Below, one piece after another: positions 1 through 9,339 of a DNA stretch of 64,000 nt. The notes beneath the pieces are model-generated. The model saw only the letters and a list, made by a program, of their open reading frames with translations. It was not told where the DNA came from and did not search any database. The position numbers and the translations under genes were made by a program. The DNA lies in the NCBI GenBank assembly GCA_018062625.1, contig JAGORV010000004.1:8234-72233 (forward strand), read 5' to 3'. Numbering within the stretch: position 1 is the stretch's first letter; each line of letters opens with the position of its first letter. This stretch comes from Candidatus Woesebacteria bacterium. GTDB taxonomy: Bacteria; Patescibacteriota; Microgenomatia; UBA10105; UBA927.

Positions 1-1
1 A

Positions 2-2218
2 AATGGAAGCGGTACAGTATATTTTCATGGTACTGCGATACAGATTGATAGTGATGGATCTATTTCACAAACAGCAACAGACACAACTACAGTAGCCTAT
101 ACCCTACTGGCAGATAGCTTGACCACAGGAACAGGCCTCTCTCTCACATCAACCTCTACCAGCTTTTCTACAGGAAAACTTGCAAACATCGATTGGTCTC
201 CAGGAAGCGCCACCACAGCAACAGGTGATCTTGTTAGAATAAACATCGGACCAAACGGAACTGTTGGTAACTTATTTAACGTCACAGATGATGCATCGAC
301 ACTATTTAGTGTATCTGAAACACAAATCACCTCTGCCCTCCCCCACCAGTTTACCGCTGCGGGTGACGTAGCAATTGCATATGACCTCCTATTTACCAAT
401 CAAACATCCAGCGGCATCAAATCCTATGGCCCACTCTCTATAGAATCCGGTGAGTCATTTGAGTCAAACAATTTGACACTCACAAGTTATCTATCTGGAA
501 ACATACTACTTAACACTGGAGCTACTTCTGGAAAAGTTGGGATAGGCGCTGGAATTGACCCCACTTCTTTGCTGTACGTATCAAACACTGGCACTGGACT
601 TATCGGGAAATCGCTTGCTATCTTTGACCAAGACGAAGACCAAGATATATTTACCGCCTCAGCATCTGGAACCACACGATTTACTATAACAAGCGGTGGC
701 AATGTGGGTATAGGCGACGCTAACCCAGATTATAGCTTGGAGCTTTCTGGTGCAACTGGTCCAAAATTTGCAATGTCAGACACCGAACTTGCTCATGGTG
801 TCACAACATACGCAGATACTGACAGCTATTTTATGATCGATGAAGGCAACGATGATGATGGAAGAGCGAGAGTATGGGGTATTACTGACAATGTCGCACT
901 TCCTGGACTCGATCTCTTTGGTATTACCGGATCAACTGACCCAACAGATTCTGTCGCTACAGGTATCAGACTCTTGGGAGGCAAAAAAAATGGCACCGGC
1001 GTTGCTGATATGGGAGCACTAGAAACTGTCATGTCCGTAGCTGGTGCCAGCTCGGGCACATCGCTTCTATCGATTTTAGGCAGTGGCAATGTGGGTATTG
1101 GCGACCTCTCACCTGACGCATTGTTGGATGTAAAAGGCACTGTTTGTTTGGATCTCAACGCAGATGAAGCCTGTACAGACAACACTGCCGCCATATCAGA
1201 CGGCCGACTGAAAACAAATGTAGTCGATGTAACCAACTCATTAGAACTTGTTGGACAATTACGACCTGTACGGTTTGACTGGAACGGAGAATACAATACT
1301 GGAACTGCAGCATCTCTCGGATTTATCGCCCAAGAGGTAGAACAGATCTTTCCAGAGCTGGTTATTACCGATACAGCTGGATATAAAAATCTCGATTACA
1401 GCAAACTTACTGCAGTACTGGCAGGAGCAGTTCAGCAGCTAGATAGCAAAATAGAGAGTCTCGAATTACAGCAAAACAATTTTGAAACCAATACTCTTAG
1501 ACACTTTCATATCGTAAATGCATCGGATGAGACCGTTGCAAGTATCGACAGTGAGGGTAATGCTAGATTTAATGGCGTTCTCTATGCCAGCGACATACAA
1601 AGCGATGGACTATCGAGAAGATTTGACTTGGTATACAACGCGCTTGCCGAACTTTCCGCATCACAAAGCGCTATTGCCACAAGTAGCGGATCGCTTTCTA
1701 CAGCGATAGAATCCGCAATCGAATTCCTTTCCGAAGTCCTCTTCCGTGGGCCAGTGCGATTCCTTTCCAATGTATTCTTTGATGGGAATGTTAGCCTAAA
1801 AGGACAACTTACTTTACCCGACAATATGGCAGGAAGCGCGATCATCTCTCAGTACACACAATCCGTCGACATAGTCTTTGATACACCGTTTGCCACTGCT
1901 CCTGTCGTCACCATTTCTCAAGTCATTACCAACGCATCTGATAGTGCGTTTTTAGCAGAAGGATTTCTAGCTGGGGTCTCAAACGTAACGACAAATGGCT
2001 TTACCATTTCTCTCGATGCCCTTGCCATGAGAAATTATTCGTATAATTGGATTGCTGTGGTAGTCGGTAACAAAAAACAAACAGTGTCTAGTTCCCCACT
2101 TATGGACATTCTTGGACTCGATACAGATCTTGACGCAACCGAATCTGGCTCACCACAAGCTAGCCCATCTGCTGAAACGCCCACAGAAAGCACGCCTTCA
2201 GGAGGAATTTCTCTATGA
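2..2218 (+). CDS. Tail-fibre-like surface protein, 5' end outside window; internal peptidase-S74 intramolecular-chaperone domain and C-terminal H-type-lectin-like domain
   Basis: The frame is open from nt 2 to the TGA at 2216-2218; the listed ORF start at 119 is an internal TTG. Repeated GNVGIGD / KVGIGAG motifs are followed by SDGRLKTNV...LGFIAQEVEQIFPELV...DYSKLTAVLAGAVQQLDSKIESLE, then FDTPFATAPVVTISQV...VSNVTTNGFTISL...YNWIAVV. Confidence 0.8.
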   Translation, partial: NGSGTVYFHGTAIQIDSDGSISQTATDTTTVAYTLLADSLTTGTGLSLTSTSTSFSTGKLANIDWSPGSATTATGDLVRINIGPNGTVGNLFNVTDDASTLFSVSETQITSALPHQFTAAGDVAIAYDLLFTNQTSSGIKSYGPLSIESGESFESNNLTLTSYLSGNILLNTGATSGKVGIGAGIDPTSLLYVSNTGTGLIGKSLAIFDQDEDQDIFTASASGTTRFTITSGGNVGIGDANPDYSLELSGATGPKFAMSDTELAHGVTTYADTDSYFMIDEGNDDDGRARVWGITDNVALPGLDLFGITGSTDPTDSVATGIRLLGGKKNGTGVADMGALETVMSVAGASSGTSLLSILGSGNVGIGDLSPDALLDVKGTVCLDLNADEACTDNTAAISDGRLKTNVVDVTNSLELVGQLRPVRFDWNGEYNTGTAASLGFIAQEVEQIFPELVITDTAGYKNLDYSKLTAVLAGAVQQLDSKIESLELQQNNFETNTLRHFHIVNASDETVASIDSEGNARFNGVLYASDIQSDGLSRRFDLVYNALAELSASQSAIATSSGSLSTAIESAIEFLSEVLFRGPVRFLSNVFFDGNVSLKGQLTLPDNMAGSAIISQYTQSVDIVFDTPFATAPVVTISQVITNASDSAFLAEGFLAGVSNVTTNGFTISLDALAMRNYSYNWIAVVVGNKKQTVSSSPLMDILGLDTDLDATESGSPQASPSAETPTESTPSGGISL
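1196..1465 (+). other. Peptidase S74-type intramolecular chaperone / autoproteolysis domain (domain-level annotation)
   Basis: An S-D-x-R-L-K start (ISDGRLKTNV) is followed by the conserved GFIAQEVEQIFPE and YSKL..VL..AVQQL...L.L helix. This is the pattern known from endosialidase and phage tail-spike C-terminal chaperone domains. Confidence 0.6.
1810..2068 (+). other. H-type-lectin-like beta-sandwich domain (domain-level annotation)
   Basis: The pattern F.TPF...P.V..S......  ...V.NVT..GF.I.........Y.W.A resembles the H_lectin consensus. Called by eye only. Confidence 0.4.
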
Positions 2219-5200
2219 AAAGATTTCACAAAGCAATTGCTATAACCCTGAGCATACTTGTCGTTATCACGTCGATACGGTTTTTTTACACTCGAATACC
2301 TAGGGTGTTCGCAGATACATCGCAAGTTACGGTAACAAGCGACACAACCACCACAAATACCACATATGAGCAAATGGATACCATGTCTATCACCCCAGGT
2401 GCTGGAGACTATCTGGTATATTTCAGCACGTCAATAAAAAAATCTACTGGAGGAAGTGATCAATTTATAAGTTTGTATGTGAACGGCGCACAAATTACTC
2501 ATACCGAACGACAAATTGGATCTGATACATCTTTTGATGCTGGTGATATCAGCTCCCATCCGATTTCCATTCAAGCCTATGTTGCCAGCGTGGGAGCAGG
2601 TCAAGCTATAGAAGTACGTTGGAAAACCTCAGCGGGAACCGCCACAGCGCACGAACGCACACTTATAGCACAACCAGTGACCGCATCCGATATGTCACAA
2701 GCCACAGCGACGGACAGTCCCACCACAACCAGTCTTACTGATGTACAACTCACCAGCATGACCCTGACGCCTGGAGCTGGTGACTATATCGTCTATTTCA
2801 GTGGCAACATGATGAACTCTGCAGCATCTGATACCTATGCTTCCATTTATGTTGCTGGGGCTCAAGTTGCACATTCCGAGCGCGATTTATACACAGAAGC
2901 TTCGTTTACATCAACTGAATTTCCTATCATGACACAAGCGTATGTCGCGGGTGTAGGAGCGAGCGACGTTATAGAAGTAAAATGGCGCACCACAGCAGGA
3001 ACTGCAACGGCAAGTCCTCGAACTCTTACCGTACAAAAAGTTACTGCATCAAATGTGAGTCAGGCCACAGCAACTGCAGATACAACCACAACAAATACAA
3101 CGGATACTCAATTAGGAAGCATGACCCTTACTCCTGGTGTAGGCACATATCTGGTAATATTCAGCACGTCTATAAAAAATACTGATGAAAATGGCTCAAC
3201 ACAAAACGTATCTTTGTATGTAGCAGGAACACAAGTAGCTCATTCCGAACGAGAAGTTTATACGGAAGAATCTCATGACTCAGGGAGCATAGACTCATAT
3301 CCAGTCACTACTCATGCGTACCTAACAGACGTTGGTGCTAGTGACGTCATAGAGGTGAAATGGCGTACGACAGCTGGCACGGTTACCGCCCATCAACGCA
3401 CACTTACCGTGCTTAAAGTTGCTGACCCATCAGAAACCACAAATACATCAAACAATCTCATGAAAATGGATGAGGGGTACGGAACCAGTATACACGAAGA
3501 GAATGCAAACCTTAGCGCAGGCACCATAGTAGGCGCCACATGGAAAACAAATGAACTATGTAAAACAGGAAACTGTTTATATTTAGATGGAACGGGAGAT
3601 TATGTTTCCTTTGCTGATGACGCTGATTTAAATCATAAAGCAACAGATAACTTTACTCTAGAGGGATGGTTCCGAACCCCTGATATAACCAGCGGACAAA
3701 GAACTATATTAGCCAAATACAACAATTCTGCAGCTGGATACAAAGTGTACATGGATGCAAATGGGTATGTTTTATTTGGTATTGATGACGACACTACATA
3801 CTCCCCCGATGATTCTGTCTCGACAACCAGTACGGCATTTGACGATAACAAATGGCATCAATTTGCAGCTGTAAAAACTGGCACAACATCGATAACTCTC
3901 TACATAGATGGTGTTCAATATCAAACAGATAATTCAATTGTCGCTTCTGGTACACTTTCCAATACTGATACTTTTTATATCGGAATAGATGGAAACGGAT
4001 CAAGTAATGGATTTAATGGCTTTTTAGATGAAATACAATTATATGGATCAGCACGTTCGGCCAGTGAGATAAAGGCAGACTATTTACAGACGACTGCAAA
4101 TCGTGGAATCACAGCATCTTTTGGGCCAGATCAGAGCACATTATCGAATGGGCTTGTTGGCTATTGGAAAATGGATGAAGCCTCTTGGTCGAACAACTGC
4201 TCAACCGACGCTGTTTTAGATGCTTCGGGGAACAACAATCACGGAGATGCCTGCCCAAACTCTACTGGTCCCACAGGAGGAGCTATCGGAAAATTTGGCA
4301 ATACTGGGGACTTAGATGGATCGGATGATTATGTACTTGTTGCCGACTCCAACAGTCTTGATGTGACTACAAATTTTACGATAAGTGCGTGGATTAACGC
4401 GGATACAATTACATCTGGTGAATATATGATTGTAAGTAAAGATGGTGTAGGTACAGATACGACTGATGCATTTAATTTTTATGCACAAGCGGGTGGAAGA
4501 ATCTGTTATGAAACAAATAATAGGGGTGGTTCTGTATGCTCATCAAGCAGCTCAATCGCTGCAGGTTCCTGGTACCACGTCGCAGTTGTATTTAATGATT
4601 CAGAGCCAGGCGCAACAAAAGCAAAATTATTCGTGAATGGCGTTCAAAAAGGTTATCACGACGCAGATATAACCCAAGCCCCGATTGCACTTTCTACAAA
4701 TTTACTTATCGGTAGGCAGGGAAATAGCGGATCACTATTTGACGGAAAAATTGATGATGTACGTATATATAACCGATCGTTGAGCTCTATCGAAGTTAAC
4801 CAACTATATACTTGGGCTCCTAGTCCAATCATGTACTTCCCTTTCGATGAAAACACTGGCACATCTACCGTGTATGATCGCTCTGGAAGTGGATACACCG
4901 GAACACTGCAGGGCTCCATGGATACAAATGATTGGGTGCAGGGTAAATACGGCTCAGCCCTCAACTTTGATGGAGTCGATGACAAAATACAAACAAGTTT
5001 TACACAAGACATTGACGGCACAGCATTTAGCGTTGGTGCATGGATAAAAACGAAAATTGGTGCTACCGGGTTTGGACATATTTTTGGACAAGATGCGTAT
5101 GTAAATCCTACTATGTGGGAGAATTTTAGCTATACTGTGGAGCATCAATGGGGTCACACCGCAATATACAGAGATAGATCTGGCACATCATCAGATTGGA

Positions 5201-8172
5201 CAAGTCAGGATGAGGAGGTGGTAAATGGCACCTGGGCACATGTCATGTTTACATATGATGGCTCCAGTAGCACAAACGATCCAATAATGTATGTGAATGG
5301 AATTCCTAGAACGTTTCAGACCAACGTAAACGGATCGGGTTCATATTATGATAGTGCTCGTAATTGGTTTATTGGGGGTGGTGAGCGAGATTCATATTTT
5401 TTTAGTGGAGCGATAGATGAAGTGAAGTTATATAATTATATCCGTACACCGTCTCAAGTGTTGGAGGATATGAACGGTGGGCATCCAAGCCCCGGATCCC
5501 CTGTCGGCTCTGCGGTAAGTCACTGGAAATTTGATGATGGAAACGGAACAACCGCCTATGATAGTTCCATAAATGCGAACAACCTTACTCTTTCTTCCGC
5601 TTCATGGACACCATCCGGCAAATTTGGCATGGCATGGAACGGCACGGGATCGGTGTGGGTTTCACAAGCAGCAGATGATGCTGATCATGATTTTGCTGCA
5701 AGCGAAGAACTTACGTTATCTGCATGGATACGTTCAGATTCAGCGACAAACCCTTCTAGCGAAACCCAATACATACTCAAAAAAGGAACCATTACCAATA
5801 CAGGAACTGTGGGATATGCGATGTATGTCAACACCTCTGGTAATATTGTTTTTGGTATAAAAGACGATACCGCATGGGGAGCTTCGAGTCCTACTACACC
5901 GGCACCCGATGATACCGTCACCTCGACGTCCGACCTGTATGATGGCCAGTGGCATCACATAGTCGCGACAAAAAATGGAACAAGTAGTATTGATTTATAT
6001 GTAGACGGAAAAATTAATGCTTCTGATACGAGCCTCGCTGCAACAGGCACACTTGCCAACAACCAAGTACTTCGACTTGGTGACGACGATGCAGATGCCA
6101 CCAACTCATTTGCCGGTAATATCGATGAAGTAAAAATTTACCGGACAGCACTCACTGCAGACCAAATTAAAGTAGAATACAATCGAGGCTTTCAAGCATC
6201 GATGGGCGCAGGATCTCAAGGCTCAATTGATACAGCAGGAACCACAGGAGATACGGCGCCGACAAGCGGTGCAAATGATGCAGGATACGGATCTATCGCT
6301 TGGTCTAATCCTACCAATATTTATGCTTCAGAAAACACGAGAGCATCGGTAACCTTAAGCGGCACCACTGCCACAAACTATCTCTCTGCAAGTTCGTTTG
6401 GATTTGCCATTCCATCAGATGCAACGATCGTGGGCATTACAGCAAGTATTGAACGAATAAGAAATGGAGGAAGCACAGGCCAAGCTAGAGATAGTGTGGT
6501 GAGCCTAGTGAAAAGTGGCACAGTAACCGGCAATAATAAAGCCGCAACCGGTACGAATTGGCCTACTGGCGAAGCCGCAGCTACCTATGGCAGTGCTACT
6601 GATTTATGGGGGACGACATGGACCCCAAGTGATATAAATGCATCTAACTTTGGATTAGTTGTTGCAGCAGTCGGAAACACCGCGACGACAAATAGAGTTG
6701 CCAACGTTGATCGAGTATTGATAAACGTCGCATACACCACTCCTACTACCGCCACCGAACAATCGCAGTCACGAGAATATTGTGTGCCGGGAGACACTGC
6801 AAGTTGTAATCCCCCCCTTGGACACTGGAAAATGGATGAAAACACGGGAACAACAGCCAAAGACTCAAGCGGAAATAACTATAACAGCGCTTCATTTACT
6901 GGCAATCCCACTTGGTCCCCAGCAAAGTATGGAAGCGCACTTCGTTTTAACGGCTCAACAGATGGTGTCAAATTCTCTCAAACACATGCATCAAGTACGA
7001 ATGGCACATTTTCTGCTTGGATTTATCCTAATGCAGGCGCAGGCACTCAAAGAGCAATATTTGCTTCGGGTGATGATGCGGGAACAGATTCATTTCTACT
7101 TATTGCGTTAGATACAGCCGACAGATTAAATCTTTATCTTAGAGAAAACACTTCTGCAAATGAGTTTAATATACAATCTACAAGAACTGTGTCTCTAAAC
7201 ACTTGGACACATGTTACCGTAACACAATCATCATCTGGACCAAACTTGTACATAAACGGGGTACTTGATAACGGAGGAGGCAATTCCACAGCGGGAACTG
7301 CAGATGGCACTGAATGGTTTGACGACATCGCATCAGTGGACAACACTACAATTGGATATCGTGATAGAAATACTGACGATTCATTTTTTACCGGTATTAT
7401 TGATGATAGCAGACTATATGACTATGCACGCACTCCCGCTCAAATCGCCTGGGACATGAATATGGGCAAACCGTCACGCTGGTGGAAAATGGATGAAGCC
7501 GCTTGGACCAATGATTGCTCGACAGACTCTGTATTTGACTCATCTGGAAATGCGAAACACGGAGATGCTTGCCCAAACAGCACGGGTCCTGTCGGAGGAG
7601 CCACGGGAAAGTACAATAGAGCTGGCTCATTTGATGGAACAAATGATTATGTGCAAATATTATCACCATCCCTCCCTACGCGCGACTTTAGCTATACTGC
7701 TTGGTTTTATATGACCGACAACTCAAGCGATGATAGAACTATCATCATGGCTTCTGATGGAACCGCAAGTAGCGAGATTTTGATCAGGGTTATCGATGCA
7801 ACTAGTCCCACAAATCCAAGCAAGATTGAGTTTGCTGCAGATGGCACATCTGCATTCTCGACGACCGCAATACAATCCGGACGATGGACACATGTAGCAT
7901 TCACCAGAGCTAGCGGAACCATGCGTATATACATAAACGGTGCGCTCGACCCTACAACCGGATCAGAATCTACTGTCTTAGACTTCTCTACCTGCCAACT
8001 ATTTATTGGATTGGACGTAGACACTAGTGGATGCGCAGGGGTGTTATCGGATTATTTTTATGGGACCATAGATGATTTACGCGTCTACGAATACGCACTC
8101 ACATCACAACAAATATCATCTATTATGAACGAAGGAGTTGTCCGCTTTGGCCCACAAACGGGATCACCGTAG
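2215..8172 (+). CDS. Giant (1985 aa) secreted/anchored multi-LamG (concanavalin-A-like lectin) surface protein, putative adhesin
   Basis: The ATG overlaps the upstream stop (ATGA), with GGAGG at 2201-2205. The N-terminal hydrophobic anchor is AIAITLSILVVITSI. Three 120-aa repeats are followed by six domains, each ending in the LamG-type motif G.(I/L)D(E/D).(K/R/Q)(I/L/V)Y..(A/S)L(S/T)..(Q/E)I. Confidence 0.9.
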   Translation: MKRFHKAIAITLSILVVITSIRFFYTRIPRVFADTSQVTVTSDTTTTNTTYEQMDTMSITPGAGDYLVYFSTSIKKSTGGSDQFISLYVNGAQITHTERQIGSDTSFDAGDISSHPISIQAYVASVGAGQAIEVRWKTSAGTATAHERTLIAQPVTASDMSQATATDSPTTTSLTDVQLTSMTLTPGAGDYIVYFSGNMMNSAASDTYASIYVAGAQVAHSERDLYTEASFTSTEFPIMTQAYVAGVGASDVIEVKWRTTAGTATASPRTLTVQKVTASNVSQATATADTTTTNTTDTQLGSMTLTPGVGTYLVIFSTSIKNTDENGSTQNVSLYVAGTQVAHSEREVYTEESHDSGSIDSYPVTTHAYLTDVGASDVIEVKWRTTAGTVTAHQRTLTVLKVADPSETTNTSNNLMKMDEGYGTSIHEENANLSAGTIVGATWKTNELCKTGNCLYLDGTGDYVSFADDADLNHKATDNFTLEGWFRTPDITSGQRTILAKYNNSAAGYKVYMDANGYVLFGIDDDTTYSPDDSVSTTSTAFDDNKWHQFAAVKTGTTSITLYIDGVQYQTDNSIVASGTLSNTDTFYIGIDGNGSSNGFNGFLDEIQLYGSARSASEIKADYLQTTANRGITASFGPDQSTLSNGLVGYWKMDEASWSNNCSTDAVLDASGNNNHGDACPNSTGPTGGAIGKFGNTGDLDGSDDYVLVADSNSLDVTTNFTISAWINADTITSGEYMIVSKDGVGTDTTDAFNFYAQAGGRICYETNNRGGSVCSSSSSIAAGSWYHVAVVFNDSEPGATKAKLFVNGVQKGYHDADITQAPIALSTNLLIGRQGNSGSLFDGKIDDVRIYNRSLSSIEVNQLYTWAPSPIMYFPFDENTGTSTVYDRSGSGYTGTLQGSMDTNDWVQGKYGSALNFDGVDDKIQTSFTQDIDGTAFSVGAWIKTKIGATGFGHIFGQDAYVNPTMWENFSYTVEHQWGHTAIYRDRSGTSSDWTSQDEEVVNGTWAHVMFTYDGSSSTNDPIMYVNGIPRTFQTNVNGSGSYYDSARNWFIGGGERDSYFFSGAIDEVKLYNYIRTPSQVLEDMNGGHPSPGSPVGSAVSHWKFDDGNGTTAYDSSINANNLTLSSASWTPSGKFGMAWNGTGSVWVSQAADDADHDFAASEELTLSAWIRSDSATNPSSETQYILKKGTITNTGTVGYAMYVNTSGNIVFGIKDDTAWGASSPTTPAPDDTVTSTSDLYDGQWHHIVATKNGTSSIDLYVDGKINASDTSLAATGTLANNQVLRLGDDDADATNSFAGNIDEVKIYRTALTADQIKVEYNRGFQASMGAGSQGSIDTAGTTGDTAPTSGANDAGYGSIAWSNPTNIYASENTRASVTLSGTTATNYLSASSFGFAIPSDATIVGITASIERIRNGGSTGQARDSVVSLVKSGTVTGNNKAATGTNWPTGEAAATYGSATDLWGTTWTPSDINASNFGLVVAAVGNTATTNRVANVDRVLINVAYTTPTTATEQSQSREYCVPGDTASCNPPLGHWKMDENTGTTAKDSSGNNYNSASFTGNPTWSPAKYGSALRFNGSTDGVKFSQTHASSTNGTFSAWIYPNAGAGTQRAIFASGDDAGTDSFLLIALDTADRLNLYLRENTSANEFNIQSTRTVSLNTWTHVTVTQSSSGPNLYINGVLDNGGGNSTAGTADGTEWFDDIASVDNTTIGYRDRNTDDSFFTGIIDDSRLYDYARTPAQIAWDMNMGKPSRWWKMDEAAWTNDCSTDSVFDSSGNAKHGDACPNSTGPVGGATGKYNRAGSFDGTNDYVQILSPSLPTRDFSYTAWFYMTDNSSDDRTIIMASDGTASSEILIRVIDATSPTNPSKIEFAADGTSAFSTTAIQSGRWTHVAFTRASGTMRIYINGALDPTTGSESTVLDFSTCQLFIGLDVDTSGCAGVLSDYFYGTIDDLRVYEYALTSQQISSIMNEGVVRFGPQTGSP
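2341..3420 (+). repeat. Three in-frame tandem repeats of about 360 nt (120 aa) inside the giant protein
   Basis: Units start near 2341, 2701 and 3061. Each contains (T/S)MT(L/I)TPG(A/V)G(D/T)Y(L/I)V(Y/I)FS...YV(N/A)G(A/T)Q(I/V)(T/A)H(T/S)ER...IEV(R/K)W(K/R)T(S/T)AGT(A/V)TA..RTL. Thr-rich linkers (TTTTNTT) separate the units. Confidence 0.85.
3460..8118 (+). repeat. Array of six LamG-type domains with one unrelated beta-rich insert (about 6240-6740)
   Basis: Domain-end motifs are FLDEIQLYGSARSASEIKADY (about 4021-4085), KIDDVRIYNRSLSSIEVNQLY (about 4741-4806), AIDEVKLYNYIRTPSQVLEDM (about 5407-5472), NIDEVKIYRTALTADQIKVEY (about 6115-6180), IIDDSRLYDYARTPAQIAWDM (about 7393-7458) and TIDDLRVYEYALTSQQISSIM (about 8053-8118). 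Confidence 0.75.
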
Positions 8173-8230
8173 CGCTATGACTAGACACTGGTCGTCTCTT
8201 TGAGTATAGTAGTCCAACAGAAATGCACGT

Positions 8231-8734
8231 ATGAAAAATGCTTGGAAAATTATCGTCATAGCAATCCTTATCTTAGTCAGTATTGCTGGAGCAGGTGCAG
8301 CAACCTACTGGTATACCCAATATCAGAAAGTAGTCACCAATCCACAAGCCGGATCGGCAGATGAAGTAAAAGCGCTCGTAAAAAAACTTTCCATATTTAT
8401 GGAATTGCCCGAAGAATCCCCCTCTGTCATCACCATAACCGATAGAGAGAAGTTACAAAATCAAGAATTTTTTAAAAAAGCGAAAAATGGAGACAAAATT
8501 ATCGTGTATGAAAAAGCCCGAAGAATTATATTGTACAGACCTTCCAATAATCGCATCATCGATGTCGCCCCACTGGTATTTAACACAGAAACAAACGCAT
8601 CAGAACAGCTAAACGACCAATTCATCACTCAACAGATACAACCCGAGGTTTCACCTACCATTTCACCAAACCCCGAAAGCACATCAAGCGCATCAAGCAC
8701 TGCCACCCCCTCTACGACACCCAATTACGAATAA
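8231..8734 (+). CDS. Hypothetical membrane-anchored protein with Ser/Thr/Pro-rich C-terminus
   Basis: ATG start. The N-terminal TM segment is WKIIVIAILILVSIAGAGAATYW and the C-terminal tail is PESTSSASSTATPSTTP. No recognisable family. Confidence 0.6.
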   Translation: MKNAWKIIVIAILILVSIAGAGAATYWYTQYQKVVTNPQAGSADEVKALVKKLSIFMELPEESPSVITITDREKLQNQEFFKKAKNGDKIIVYEKARRIILYRPSNNRIIDVAPLVFNTETNASEQLNDQFITQQIQPEVSPTISPNPESTSSASSTATPSTTPNYE

Positions 8735-8746
8735 TTGAAACACAGA

Positions 8747-9280
8747 TTACTCAGAACATGCGATATAGTCAGTTCCAGAATAGAGTCCCGTACACACGGT
8801 CGCACATTTCGCTTGTGAACTGGTTATATCACTATCTGATGCGTTCTCCAATGGAACCTTTAGGCAATAGCCAGCACCACTACTTCGTTGATAATAAAAC
8901 ATACTACTGCCAAGTTCACCGGGAAATTTGGATGTATACACCGTGTCACAACCAGCCCCACCAGCAGCAAAATCAGAGGTACATGTAGCAGGACATAAAC
9001 TAGACCCAGATGCTCCACATCCTGCGATGTAGTTAAAGACACTTACGCCTCCTACTGTACCGTTTGATGCAGCAGGATATGCTTTGTAATCATTATAATA
9101 AAGCTGCAGTGCATTCTTCAATTGTTGCACTTCACCTTTTCTCCTCGTGTCTTTTGCTCGACTTCGTGCACCCAAAAAATTTGGAATAGCCAATCCTATG
9201 AGCGTTGCGATAATTGCTATAGCGACAAGCAATTCAATAAGCGTAAAAGCTTTTTTGTTTATCAAATTATCGTTTTTCAT
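8747..9280 (-). CDS. Type IV pilin / pseudopilin-like protein (prepilin-type N-terminal cleavage/methylation motif)
   Basis: MKNDNLINKKA|FTLIELLVAIAIIATLIGLAIP has Glu at +5. ATG at 9280 has an AAGGA 10 nt upstream. The ORF can extend to a GTG at 9343, which would form a GTGA overlap with the upstream gene. Confidence 0.8.
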   Translation of the reverse strand: MKNDNLINKKAFTLIELLVAIAIIATLIGLAIPNFLGARSRAKDTRRKGEVQQLKNALQLYYNDYKAYPAASNGTVGGVSVFNYIAGCGASGSSLCPATCTSDFAAGGAGCDTVYTSKFPGELGSSMFYYQRSSGAGYCLKVPLENASDSDITSSQAKCATVCTGLYSGTDYIACSE

Positions 9281-9339
9281 ATCTTTTGTATCCTTTATAT
9301 ATAAATGAGTACGTAAATAATATTTACTATAACAAAGTA

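Noticed and set aside
2341-3420. Possible diversity-generating retroelement (template/variable repeat) behind the three 360-nt repeats in the giant protein.
   Set aside because: No reverse transcriptase ORF or non-coding template copy is in the window. The differences between repeat units involve all four bases rather than adenine-specific substitutions. The repeats are N-terminal modules, not a C-terminal lectin-fold variable region.
2-8172. Prophage or phage-tail remnant, suggested by the tail-fibre-like S74 chaperone domain.
   Set aside because: No capsid, terminase, portal, baseplate, integrase or lysis genes lie nearby. The neighbours are pilins and cellular surface proteins, so a cellular fibre protein is the better reading.
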